Positions 1 to 8,912 of a stretch of 64,000 bases of DNA are shown piece after piece. The position numbers and the translations under genes are program-made. The notes under the pieces are model-generated. The model was not told the origin of the DNA. It made no database searches and saw nothing but the letters and a program-made list of their open reading frames with translations. The stretch comes from Planctomycetota bacterium (lineage in GTDB: Bacteria; Planctomycetota; Phycisphaerae; UBA1845), in NCBI GenBank assembly GCA_024276605.1, contig JAJRWX010000023.1:81538-145537 (forward strand), read 5' to 3'. The first letter of the stretch is position 1, and each line of letters starts with the position of its first letter.

Positions 1-701
1 ACCAGATCGACATTTTTTTCGCGCGCCACACGACCGATGACAACCGCGAGTACTTGGCCATGAGAACAATACTTGTCACGAAACGCACCTTGCCGATCTT
101 TCCCAGGGTGGAATCGGTCGACATCAATGGCATTGGGGATAACGGCAACCTCGCCCTTAAAAAAAGATCGATTCGCCGCCTCAGCAGCCGTAGCGCTTGG
201 CGCACATAGCGCCTGACAATCTCCATACGCGCGTTTATCGAGAAAACGTGCCACACTTCCGGCCAGCCGCCCGCGTAACCGGAAGTAAGGTTCAACACAC
301 TGACGACGCGTATCCACGTGATAGCATCCCACACTTGGGATGTTCATCTTTCGCGCGAGCTTGGCAGCGCGGGTGCCAAGTAGACCGCACGAAGCTATGT
401 GAATAACCTTGGACCCTTCTAGTGACTCCACGATGTGCCGCAGCTTTGACAGGCTATAATGACCAATAATAAGTTCGGGGTAAATCGGATTGGGCAATTG
501 AGCTAATGGTCGAACACCGATCACGTCTGCTTCGGCCAAATCACCGTGATAGTCCTGCCGCGATGGCGAGAGGACAACGACGCGCAATCCCTCAACCTGT
601 TTTGACCAATCGAGTAACGTTTTGCAGAATGTCCTTATCCCGTTCGGGCCAAGGAGGATGTCCGCGAAAACAACGATCGTCAGTTGATCATAGCTTGACA
701 T
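1..701 (-). CDS. glycosyltransferase family 4 (GT-B fold), N-terminal ~233 aa; C-terminus lies beyond the window start
   Basis: Absent from the ORF track because it runs off the edge. Reverse-strand translation from the ATG (complement of 699-701) gives MSSYDQLTIVVFADILLGPNGIRTFCKTLLDWSKQVEGLRVVVLSP...VIHIASCGLLGTRAAKLARKMNIPSVGCYHVD...VIPNAIDVDRFHPGKD...LAVVIGRVAREKNVDL. The frame stays open to position 1. The pattern is typical of GT4 enzymes. Confidence 0.75.
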   Translation of the reverse strand, partial: MSSYDQLTIVVFADILLGPNGIRTFCKTLLDWSKQVEGLRVVVLSPSRQDYHGDLAEADVIGVRPLAQLPNPIYPELIIGHYSLSKLRHIVESLEGSKVIHIASCGLLGTRAAKLARKMNIPSVGCYHVDTRRQCVEPYFRLRGRLAGSVARFLDKRAYGDCQALCAPSATAAEAANRSFFKGEVAVIPNAIDVDRFHPGKDRQGAFRDKYCSHGQVLAVVIGRVAREKNVDL

Positions 702-1018
702 GCCGGCGATACTATACGAGTCCCATCGCATTGCAAAGATGAAAGTCCGAGTTATTCAGTTTTCGTTGCTCGAACGCTACCCGCCAAGCATATGCAGCAT
801 CCGACGCCCAAACCTCGCAAATGAACATGCACTTTCGTCAAGGGTATGTTCTCTTTCAGGCATACTTCCAGGGTTGACAGAAAGTATAGCCGGGGGAAAA
901 TGTTACTTAGTGGTCTAGAGATCATCCGGACCTTGAGGCTACTCTATATATAGCTAGCCTGACACTAATACTATAGAATCCGATCTCGTAGTACATGACG
1001 TTGATCGCCTAAAGTGAG

Positions 1019-2035
1019 ATGGGTAGTGTCAGTGTCAACGTACATTTGGCGAACGGGCTGCTAACGATGTTTCAAGATTATCGGATCGCATATCTTCGCC
1101 GGCACGTTCGAATAAAAGAAACCATTCGACTCAGTTTTCTTCGTGAGAGCGTTGCCTACATTCTTTCCCAGTCGGCGCGGAGAATTCCGCACGCCTCAGC
1201 CACCGCACAGTTCGACCTGACGGCACTGGTGGAATATTGTAAAAAAACTACCGAAAATACGGAACCAGACGCAGATGTGAAGTCAGATCAAACGGTTTTA
1301 CATCGCTCGATTCGCAGACGCTTCTCTGCTTTCTTTCTCAAGTGTATCGCCCATACCCTACACCATGTTCCCGCCATGAATGGGTTTCTGGATTACGCCC
1401 CGCTGATTACCGGCGGCAATCTTTACTTAGCCGAGGATATAAACCTAGGCTTTGCCGTTAATACGAAACACGGGCTTGTCAAGCCGATCATCCGCAATCC
1501 CCATCTCAAAGATTTGGAAACAGTGGCTACTGAGATGCGTATGCTAACACGTAGTGCTCGAAAGACGGATCCGGTGGAGTTGTTCCAGAAAGCGGGCCGT
1601 GCGTATATGTTGACAGCCCTACGTCAACTCGACATTACCGTATTCCCGGCGTTTTGGATTTGGATTCGTTCGAAATTACGCCCGCACACCCCTGATCCAG
1701 CACTCAGAAATGTACCGGAGGAAGAAAAGCTCCAGGTTCATGACATCCTTGGGGCAACTTCCACTATCACGAACATCGGTATGATGATTGAAGGACATCA
1801 TACGGTTACGGTCATCGTTCCCCCTGAAGTGGCTGTATTTGGTATTGGTAGTGTCAGGCAGACCCCTATGGTAGTGGATGGCAAAGTCGTACCTCGATAC
1901 ACGGTCACTTTGTGTGTCACTATCGACCATCGCGCCTTTGACGGCGGCGAAGGATTTACTTTCTATCACAAAATGAAGGAGTATGTCGACAACCCGGCGT
2001 TGATATATGACTGGAAGCCGGGTGACGAGATTTAG
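1019..2035 (+). CDS. stand-alone 2-oxoacid dehydrogenase E2-type acyltransferase catalytic domain protein (no lipoyl or E1/E3-binding domain)
   Basis: 338-aa ORF. The C-terminal catalytic signature is TIDHRAFDGGEG (DHRxxDG, His codon at 1928-1930) followed by F..FHKMKEYVDNP, as in the PF00198/CAT-like fold. No lipoyl-attachment domain is present upstream. Confidence 0.7.
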   Translation: MGSVSVNVHLANGLLTMFQDYRIAYLRRHVRIKETIRLSFLRESVAYILSQSARRIPHASATAQFDLTALVEYCKKTTENTEPDADVKSDQTVLHRSIRRRFSAFFLKCIAHTLHHVPAMNGFLDYAPLITGGNLYLAEDINLGFAVNTKHGLVKPIIRNPHLKDLETVATEMRMLTRSARKTDPVELFQKAGRAYMLTALRQLDITVFPAFWIWIRSKLRPHTPDPALRNVPEEEKLQVHDILGATSTITNIGMMIEGHHTVTVIVPPEVAVFGIGSVRQTPMVVDGKVVPRYTVTLCVTIDHRAFDGGEGFTFYHKMKEYVDNPALIYDWKPGDEI

Positions 2036-2193
2036 ATCGTCCGATGACATCCCACGAAAGCCCTGGGATTATCGCTTCGTTTTGAATGGCTGTCGTACGC
2101 ATTGACTACATGTGATCAATACATGAATACCGTAATCGTCAAAAACGATCGATCGAATTCCCGGCCAATACTTCCCGATAACTCTCTTTGAGC

Positions 2194-3444
2194 ATGAATT
2201 ATCTACTAGTTACACACGGGACGGAGGGCGATGTTCATCCCTTCGTGGGTATCGGTGTCGAACTGGTGAAACGTGGCCACAAAGTCACGTTGATGACCAA
2301 CGCACTTTTTGCCCGTCATGCACAGCGACACGGTTTCGATTTTGTCCCTATTGGCACGGAGGAAGAGTTTCACCGGGAAATGAATGATCCGGACATTTGG
2401 AAAAGCCGACCGGGTGCGAAAATACTGGGTCGATGGATGTTGCGATCCATGCCCGATCAATATCAGGCGATTGTCGATCGGTTTGTGCCCGAGCAAACAG
2501 CCATTGTCGCATCCGGTGCAGCACTTGGCGCACGTATCGCCCACGAAACGCATCAGATTCCTCTAACCATGATCGTATTGCAGCCTGCTATTTTGCGCAG
2601 TGCCTACGCCCCACCCATCGTGGCTGGCTCACCAGCAATACCGGCCTGGGTACCCGCTCCGGTGATTCGTGCCGGCATTCGCATGCTTGATATATATTTA
2701 GATCGTATTTTTTTCGTGCGTGAGGTCAACGAATTTCGTGCTCGACGGGGCTTACCACCGATCAAACGCATGACACACGAATGGTGGTTTTCTCCGCAGC
2801 GCGTCATTGCCATGTTTCCCGATTGGTATGCGCCCAAACAAGTGGATTGGCCATCACAGTTATTACACGCGGGTTTTCCATTGTTTGATGAACGCAGCGA
2901 GGACCAGTCGCTACCGCCCGAAGTACAAGCGTTTCTCGACACAGGTGACGCGCCTATCGCGTTTACCCCGGGCAGCGGGATGATGCAGGCGCATGACTTT
3001 TTTGTACAAGCGACGCAAGCCTGTCAGTTGCTAGGTAAACGCGGCGTGCTGTTAACCAGATTTACGGATCAAGTGCCCAACAGTCTTCCCCCTGAGGTTC
3101 GCCACTTTGACTATGTGCCGTTCAGTTTGCTGCTGCCACAATGCGCAGCATTAGTACATCACGGTGGTATCGGTACGCTATCCCAGGCGATTATGGCAGG
3201 CATCCCCCAGCTCATCATGCCACTGGCCTATGATCAGCCCGACAACGTAGCCAGACTCAAGCGCATGGGCGTAGCTGACGCCTTACTACCTAAACACTTT
3301 CTCGCCCCGGCTCTGGCCAATAAACTATCAAGACTATTGAATGACAAACAAGTGTCCCAACGATGCCATCACTTTGCCCAATTACTGCATCAGGCGAAAC
3401 CGTTAGAGACGACGTGCGATCTGATTGAAGCTGTAAGTCGTTAA
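2194..3444 (+). CDS. GT1-family (MGT/UDP-glycosyltransferase-like) glycosyltransferase, RhlB-like
   Basis: 416-418 aa, with ATG at 2194 or TTG at 2188. N-terminus HGTEGDVHPFVGIG. C-terminal sugar-nucleotide motif HHGGIGTLSQAIMAGIPQLIMPLAYDQPDNVARL. GARIAHE and FPDWYAPKQVDWPSQLLHAGFPLFD closely recall my memory of P. aeruginosa RhlB (GARIAHE; FPAWFAPPQQDWPQPLHMTGFPLFD). Confidence 0.8.
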   Translation: MNYLLVTHGTEGDVHPFVGIGVELVKRGHKVTLMTNALFARHAQRHGFDFVPIGTEEEFHREMNDPDIWKSRPGAKILGRWMLRSMPDQYQAIVDRFVPEQTAIVASGAALGARIAHETHQIPLTMIVLQPAILRSAYAPPIVAGSPAIPAWVPAPVIRAGIRMLDIYLDRIFFVREVNEFRARRGLPPIKRMTHEWWFSPQRVIAMFPDWYAPKQVDWPSQLLHAGFPLFDERSEDQSLPPEVQAFLDTGDAPIAFTPGSGMMQAHDFFVQATQACQLLGKRGVLLTRFTDQVPNSLPPEVRHFDYVPFSLLLPQCAALVHHGGIGTLSQAIMAGIPQLIMPLAYDQPDNVARLKRMGVADALLPKHFLAPALANKLSRLLNDKQVSQRCHHFAQLLHQAKPLETTCDLIEAVSR

Positions 3445-4862
3445 CGTGTGTGCGAGACTAGACGAACACGATCAATGATTGGCTTAGCCTTGTCGATGCC
3501 GCTTTTCGCAAGCATCTCGTTTCGCAACGACACCTTCATGCCCACAATAGGACGCAGGAGAGGTGAGGTAACCACGAGATCGTTAGGCAGCAACTCACAG
3601 ATGTCACTCTCACTTCGGCTTTTATGGTCAACAAGCACTTCATCACCGACGGTTCGCAAAAGTGAAATCTGACGTCGGGCCAATATGCCAACCGTCGAAT
3701 CACCTTGCAACTCAACTACATATACATATCGATTGTCGTAAACCACGTGCCGCGGAACGAGCATGGCTTCAGATAACCGAGCCGCGGGAAGGTCCGCACG
3801 ACAGTACATACCAATCGAAAGCGATGGTCTATGATCGTCACCGACACCAATCGTAGCCATCATGTCAACATCGCGCACTTCAACCACCAGCCGGGCCGTG
3901 CGTGTCGTCTCATCCATACGCTCAAAGCGAGATACCCGCCCCTGCCAGGTGAAATGATTGTTCGGAGAAGACCAACTAATCACCACGGGCGGCCCAGTAG
4001 GTTCATTCGCCAGTTCAAGCGCAGCCGGCTGAATGGATTCATCCAACCAGGGAAGATCACGTGGGTCAACGCTAACTGAAATCTCGAAAGCTTCCATGTC
4101 AGTTAGCGTAGCTATGGAAAAATGAGCGGTGACCACTTGCGAGGTGTGCGCAACGACAGATTCCACGCGCGCACGAAACGGACAGAAAATTTTCGTATTT
4201 TCAAGATCGTGTGTGGCTTGGTCTAATCTCGCACGTGCGGCATCAAGCTGCGCCTTGGTTTCAAGTTTTACATGAGGGATCATGTCGGCGCGATTTTGCA
4301 AAGCGACCAATGCATCTTTTTGTCTCAGATATTTTTGATGGATGATATCGAGGTCACGCGCCGTTCCCACCTCGTCTCTGTCATACAAATTCTTGGATGT
4401 TTCGTAGTCACGCCGATCAATCTCGGCCATTTCTTCGAGGTTGGCGATACGCTCATTGAGATTGCGCTGCTCTTGGTCATGTCGCTGTAAAGCAATCTCT
4501 AACGATCGCACTTCCGCTTGAGCTTGGTGCACGCGGGCTTTGTATACCGTATCGTCTATCTCAAACAGTAGTTCGCCTTGAGGAATGATGTTACCCTGAG
4601 CCAAGTTTTTGTGAGCTTTTGTAAGCTTGCCATTGACTTCGGGTATGATGTTGATCTGATTTTTGGGTCGAACATTTCCAAAACCAACAATCGGCGCTTT
4701 TAGTAGCCGCTGCGTAGCAACCAAGACCTTCACTTCAGGCACTGCCGAGAACGACGTGTAAGTCGCCGCTGTAGGCTTCGTTGCAATCAAAGTAAAAGCT
4801 GCGGCACCTCCAGCCAGAAGGATAGCCACGACAAGGATTGAATTAATGATTAATCGAGGCAT
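3441..4862 (-). CDS. HlyD-family membrane fusion / periplasmic adaptor protein
   Basis: 473 aa. It has an N-terminal TM anchor (INSILVVAILLAGGAAAFTLIA), a biotinyl-lipoyl-like hairpin (GELLFEIDD), a long coiled coil (AQAEVRSLEIALQRHDQEQRNLNERIANLEE...), then a beta-barrel region. Confidence 0.8.
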   Translation of the reverse strand: MPRLIINSILVVAILLAGGAAAFTLIATKPTAATYTSFSAVPEVKVLVATQRLLKAPIVGFGNVRPKNQINIIPEVNGKLTKAHKNLAQGNIIPQGELLFEIDDTVYKARVHQAQAEVRSLEIALQRHDQEQRNLNERIANLEEMAEIDRRDYETSKNLYDRDEVGTARDLDIIHQKYLRQKDALVALQNRADMIPHVKLETKAQLDAARARLDQATHDLENTKIFCPFRARVESVVAHTSQVVTAHFSIATLTDMEAFEISVSVDPRDLPWLDESIQPAALELANEPTGPPVVISWSSPNNHFTWQGRVSRFERMDETTRTARLVVEVRDVDMMATIGVGDDHRPSLSIGMYCRADLPAARLSEAMLVPRHVVYDNRYVYVVELQGDSTVGILARRQISLLRTVGDEVLVDHKSRSESDICELLPNDLVVTSPLLRPIVGMKVSLRNEMLAKSGIDKAKPIIDRVRLVSHTR

Positions 4863-5390
4863 GGTTGCTTACGGTTTGATGATGCGTCCTTGCAATGCCG
4901 TCCATCGGCTAAGCCAAGCTTCAGTCGTAAAACAATACGCGATGTCCAGCGAACGACTCCATGAATAAGTGCTTGGCTCTGACGTAACTGTTCAGATTCC
5001 CAATCTCCCGGTAACTCAAAAAACCAACCAAGCAATGGTATTGTTAATCCGCGTATCGATCCTGTCAATCCGACTAGCTTCGCTACCTGGACACTGACAC
5101 CAGGTTGGGGGACAGCCCCAATCCTATAGTATCGGACTTTTTCAACTCATGACATAATGTCTCCACATAGAGCGCTATGCCTGATTCTGTGGTTTACAGC
5201 CTCCACAATCCACAAATGCTGTATGTAATTACTCAAATAGTACAGAATGTGTTTTAACCCGCTATAAACGGATGTGTACTACCATTTACTTGCTTCAAGC
5301 AGCAGGATGAGTTACGAAACACGCTGAATTGCGACCGGTGGATTAGCCCAGGCTTAGTCAATATAGGCAGTTTACCATAGGGGGAACCCC

Positions 5391-6614
5391 ATGTCTTGTT
5401 ATGTTACTCATCTGGAATCAGCTATCGACGGTAGCTTTCTGGCGGCGAATACCCTTCAGACTATGCATAAAGATCGCCCGTTATGGGTACGCTACGACCT
5501 CCCAGCTATAGCAAACGTGGTTTCACCAGAGGATTTAGCCGGACGAGCGTCATCGTTGTGGCGATATCGTGAGTTGCTTCCCTTGCCGTTGGATCAGGCG
5601 CCGGTGTCGTTGGGCGAGGGAATGAGTCCGTTGCTTCCTGCGGACAATTTAGGGCAATCACTTGGGCTGGATCAGTTTTGGATCAAAGACGAATCACAGC
5701 TTCCCACCGGTTCGTTTAAGAGTCGCGGATTAGCCATGGCCGTTTCGATGGCCAACTATTTTGGCATCAAACGCTTGGCTATCCCCACTGCTGGCAATGC
5801 CGGCGGCGCAATGGCTGCCTACGCCGCACGAGCAGGTATAGAGGCCTTTGTGTTTATGCCAAAGGATACTCCGATCATCAATCAAATGGAGTGCGTCATG
5901 GCTGGGGCACACGTGTTTCTCGTTGACGGATTGATTACGGATTGTGGAAAAATCGTCCGCGGGGGACTCGACGAAATGAAGTGGTTTGATTGCTCGACAT
6001 TGAAAGAGCCATACCGAATTGAAGGTAAGAAAACGATGGGGCTGGAACTCGCAGAGCAACTTAACTGGCAACTCCCCGATGTCATCGTCTATCCTACCGG
6101 CGGGGGTACGGGGTTGATCGGTATGTGGAAAGCATTTCACGAACTGCGTGAGCTTGGTTGGCTAACGTCCGACAACATGCCAAAAATGGTGAGCGTACAA
6201 AGCGACGGGTGCGCACCGATCGTACGCGCTTTCGACGCGGGAGCGCGATTCGCTGCGCCGTGGGATCACGCTCACACCTGCGCGAGCGGTCTGCGCGTAC
6301 CGGCAGCCGTAGGCGATTTTATGATTCTCGATGCGATACATGAAAGCGGCGGATGGGCAGTCGCCGTACCGGAAGGAAACATTATCTCGGCGATGCATCG
6401 AGCCACGGCTATGGAAGGGATATCGGTCTGCCCGGAAGCGGCGGCATGCGTATTAGCGATTGAACAACTATTGGCCAATGGTCAGATAACACGTCAGGAC
6501 CGGGTGGTGATGTTTAACACGGGCACGGCCAATAAGTACATCGAAATAGCTCACCTTGATCTACCCGTGTTAAGCGATCCTACCAACATCGATTATTCGA
6601 CACTTGTCGGATAA
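5391..6614 (+). CDS. thrC: threonine synthase (PLP-dependent, TrpB-like fold)
   Basis: 407 aa. PLP-lysine motif PTGSFKSRG; TAGNAGGAMAAYAA; GGGTGLIG glycine loop. A GGGGG Shine-Dalgarno lies 8 nt upstream of the ATG. Confidence 0.8.
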   Translation: MSCYVTHLESAIDGSFLAANTLQTMHKDRPLWVRYDLPAIANVVSPEDLAGRASSLWRYRELLPLPLDQAPVSLGEGMSPLLPADNLGQSLGLDQFWIKDESQLPTGSFKSRGLAMAVSMANYFGIKRLAIPTAGNAGGAMAAYAARAGIEAFVFMPKDTPIINQMECVMAGAHVFLVDGLITDCGKIVRGGLDEMKWFDCSTLKEPYRIEGKKTMGLELAEQLNWQLPDVIVYPTGGGTGLIGMWKAFHELRELGWLTSDNMPKMVSVQSDGCAPIVRAFDAGARFAAPWDHAHTCASGLRVPAAVGDFMILDAIHESGGWAVAVPEGNIISAMHRATAMEGISVCPEAAACVLAIEQLLANGQITRQDRVVMFNTGTANKYIEIAHLDLPVLSDPTNIDYSTLVG

Positions 6615-6836
6615 CATATTTTCGACTCATGCACGGCTCAATTAAAGCCACTCTAAAAGAGCCAGACTATTGACACTTTCAGGACCAAAGTCCGTGTATA
6701 TAGGTTTACATTTCGGTCGTTAAACAAACGCGAAAACAAGTAAATCGATGCGCACATCTTCCGATGTTTAAGACAACTATAGATTGTTGAGAATGTCGAA
6801 TCGTATTCGCATGAACTAATCAGGGAGTCACAAAAT

Positions 6837-7439
6837 ATGTCGCATCGAATTTTTCGCGTAGTCGTCGTGTGTGTCGTGAGTTTAGCGTTCTTTTCCGTCA
6901 ATGGTTGTGGGCCAAGCAATAACGGCCTTCCCTCAGAAGTAACGGTACAACTGCCTGATGGCACGCAGAGCACGGTGACACTTGGTAGCGGTGTTATCTC
7001 TCTGGCTGACAGCACATGGGAGTTCTTTACGACGTCCATCAACAGCCAAGGCGTTCCGTTTGTGGTCGTTTCTTTTGGTCCAAACGGAGAGTTGACGTAG
7101 TTCAATGATAACACGCTTGCTGCTGAAATATTTGGAAGCACTATCCTATTCGATGGAGCGCGACACAATACAACTCAGGCTGGTTTACAGTATGCCGCCG
7201 CTACGTTCGGCGCCCAGACGGCTGATGCCACCGGCTTCACACTTTCTGCGGAAGTAACCGTATTTGCCGTTGGTCTTGAAGCGGCCAAAGCCACGGCTGT
7301 AGCCACTGGCGAGTTTGATGCCGATGACCCCGACATCATGACAGGTACGTTTGACTTTGTATCCACCGTCACGTTACTGGATATCCCGGAAGGCAATCAG
7401 GACTTGAGTATCAACTTTTTGGGTCGGCGCATTCAATAA
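6837..7439 (+). pseudogene. secreted lipoprotein of unknown function interrupted by an in-frame TAG at 7098-7100
   Basis: Lipobox signal MSHRIFRVVVVCVVSLAFFSVNGC. The ORF stops at TAG 7098-7100, but the same frame stays open for 112 more sense codons to TAA 7437-7439 (...GPNGELT*FNDNTLAAEIFGSTILFDG...INFLGRRIQ). A clean terminator follows. Confidence 0.6.
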
Positions 7440-7475
7440 TTGGTTGTTACGGCAACACAACACGTAAGATAACAG

Positions 7476-7515
7476 CGTCGTGGCGACTCACAGGAGAGCG
7501 CCACGACGTTTTTTT
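7476..7515 (+). terminator. rho-independent terminator
   Basis: Perfect 10-bp stem CGTCGTGGCG (7476-7485) / CGCCACGACG (7499-7508) with a 13-nt loop, followed by TTTTTTT (7509-7515). It lies 37 nt after the TAA at 7437-7439. Confidence 0.75.
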
Positions 7516-7724
7516 GCGCAACGCAAGTGTCATTCAATGTTACACTTGGATAGGGTCATGATCTTGTCAATATTTTTCGAGCTAGCGTCTTGCTTGATCA
7601 GCCAGCTATCTGTCGAAATAACACCCGGGTTGAGTAGCGAAATGGTTCAACTCAATAGGCTTGTATGAGATTGACCTTTGATTACCATTCCATCCTAACA
7701 GAACCAAGCAAGCATGGTAAGAAG

Positions 7725-8900
7725 TTATGTTCTTTCGACCATGCGATCAATCAGAAAGCTCGATTGCTCCAATGCATCCTGAGTGAATGACCCAAACTGT
7801 TTTTGGATAGTTACGAACATCTCTTCAAACGCAGCCGTATCTTTGCGTGAAACAATATCAGCTAACTGCTTGGCGGATTGGATAAAAGCCTCTGTCATTT
7901 TCGGGGTGAGGGTATTGTTCATTTGGATAGCGCTATACAAGTGCGGTGATTGTGCGAAGTGTCGGCCTGTCATTAACATTTCCATTAAGTAGATCGGCGA
8001 AGTGAATGTCAACGTTTCTTCGATAGACACATCGAGTGCGTTAAGCGTCATGCCCATGACTTCCGTGGAAAAGTGCATAAGTACCTGCACGATAGCCATC
8101 GCTTCATCGTGTTGACGAGGTGTCGCTTGGAACGTAATCAGTCCGCGTGCCTGAAACATAGTTTCAAGCCAATGCAACCACTGATCTCCACGTCCTTGGG
8201 TCAGTACTACCCTTTGCCCCTGCATGGAATGCACTGTGGGGCCAAAGAGCGGGTGCGTACCGACCACAGAAGCTCTGGTTGCTTTAAGCATAGCCTCAAC
8301 TGGTTGTGTTTTGATGGAGGTTACGTCCATCAGCAATGAAGACTCTTGAACCAACGGCCCAAGTTCTTGGATTACCTTTACGGTGGAATCGATGGGGACG
8401 CTGATGACCACAACGTCGGCATCAGCAGCGGCCTGAGCTGGGGTCAGTTTCGTATCTAAGTCAGCAATACATACGTCATGGCCCAGATCGTCAAATAATC
8501 TAGCTATACACCTTCCCATAGCGCCGCAACCACCAATGATAGCTACGCGATAGGATTTAGTTGAAAGAGGTAACGCTACCCGTAAAGATGCTTGTCGATC
8601 ACGACTACCCCACAGAATAAGTCGGTACAAGCTTTCTAAAAAATCCGCGGATAAGTGTTTCTTGACAGCCCATTGGCGTCGATTACCGATGAGCTGTCGC
8701 TCGCGCTGGGTATCGCGAATAGGTGTTCGATCCTGCCTTTTACGCTGAGCGATGTCGGTAACAATAGCATTACGCTTAGCTAACAATTCGATGATCTGCT
8801 GGTCCACTTTGTCGATCTTGTCGCGAAGTTCAGTCAACGTGGATGATTTTTTGGGTGGTGTAGTCATAGTCTTAGTTCGTTTTACAAAATCGGGCATCAA
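7725..8900 (-). CDS. tyrA: bifunctional chorismate mutase / prephenate dehydrogenase (T-protein type)
   Basis: 391 aa. N-terminal AroQ chorismate mutase helices (LTELRDKIDKVDQQIIELLAKRNAIV...RERQLI), then a Rossmann VAIIGGCGAMGRCIARLF and a prephenate dehydrogenase core (VGTHPLFGP). The exact start is uncertain (MMPDF... or MTTPP...). Confidence 0.8.
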   Translation of the reverse strand: MMPDFVKRTKTMTTPPKKSSTLTELRDKIDKVDQQIIELLAKRNAIVTDIAQRKRQDRTPIRDTQRERQLIGNRRQWAVKKHLSADFLESLYRLILWGSRDRQASLRVALPLSTKSYRVAIIGGCGAMGRCIARLFDDLGHDVCIADLDTKLTPAQAAADADVVVISVPIDSTVKVIQELGPLVQESSLLMDVTSIKTQPVEAMLKATRASVVGTHPLFGPTVHSMQGQRVVLTQGRGDQWLHWLETMFQARGLITFQATPRQHDEAMAIVQVLMHFSTEVMGMTLNALDVSIEETLTFTSPIYLMEMLMTGRHFAQSPHLYSAIQMNNTLTPKMTEAFIQSAKQLADIVSRKDTAAFEEMFVTIQKQFGSFTQDALEQSSFLIDRMVERT

Positions 8901-8912
8901 GAATAAGTCTAT

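Noticed and set aside
1676-2050. Long antisense or alternative-frame ORFs inside confident genes. Examples: 1676-2050(-), 5730-6140(-), 9038-9643(-), 15909-16367(-), 17098-17574(-), 27949-28395(-), 42539-42937(-), 54014-54637(+), 60223-60699(-), 62583-63056(-).
   Set aside because: Each lies wholly within a gene whose product has clear family motifs. Their translations are low-complexity or Arg/Ser/Pro-rich, typical of shadow ORFs in moderately GC-rich DNA.
6653-7168. 171-aa minus-strand ORF overlapping the lipoprotein locus.
   Set aside because: The + strand reading has a lipobox signal peptide, a coherent sequence and a downstream terminator. The minus-strand product has no start context or recognisable features.
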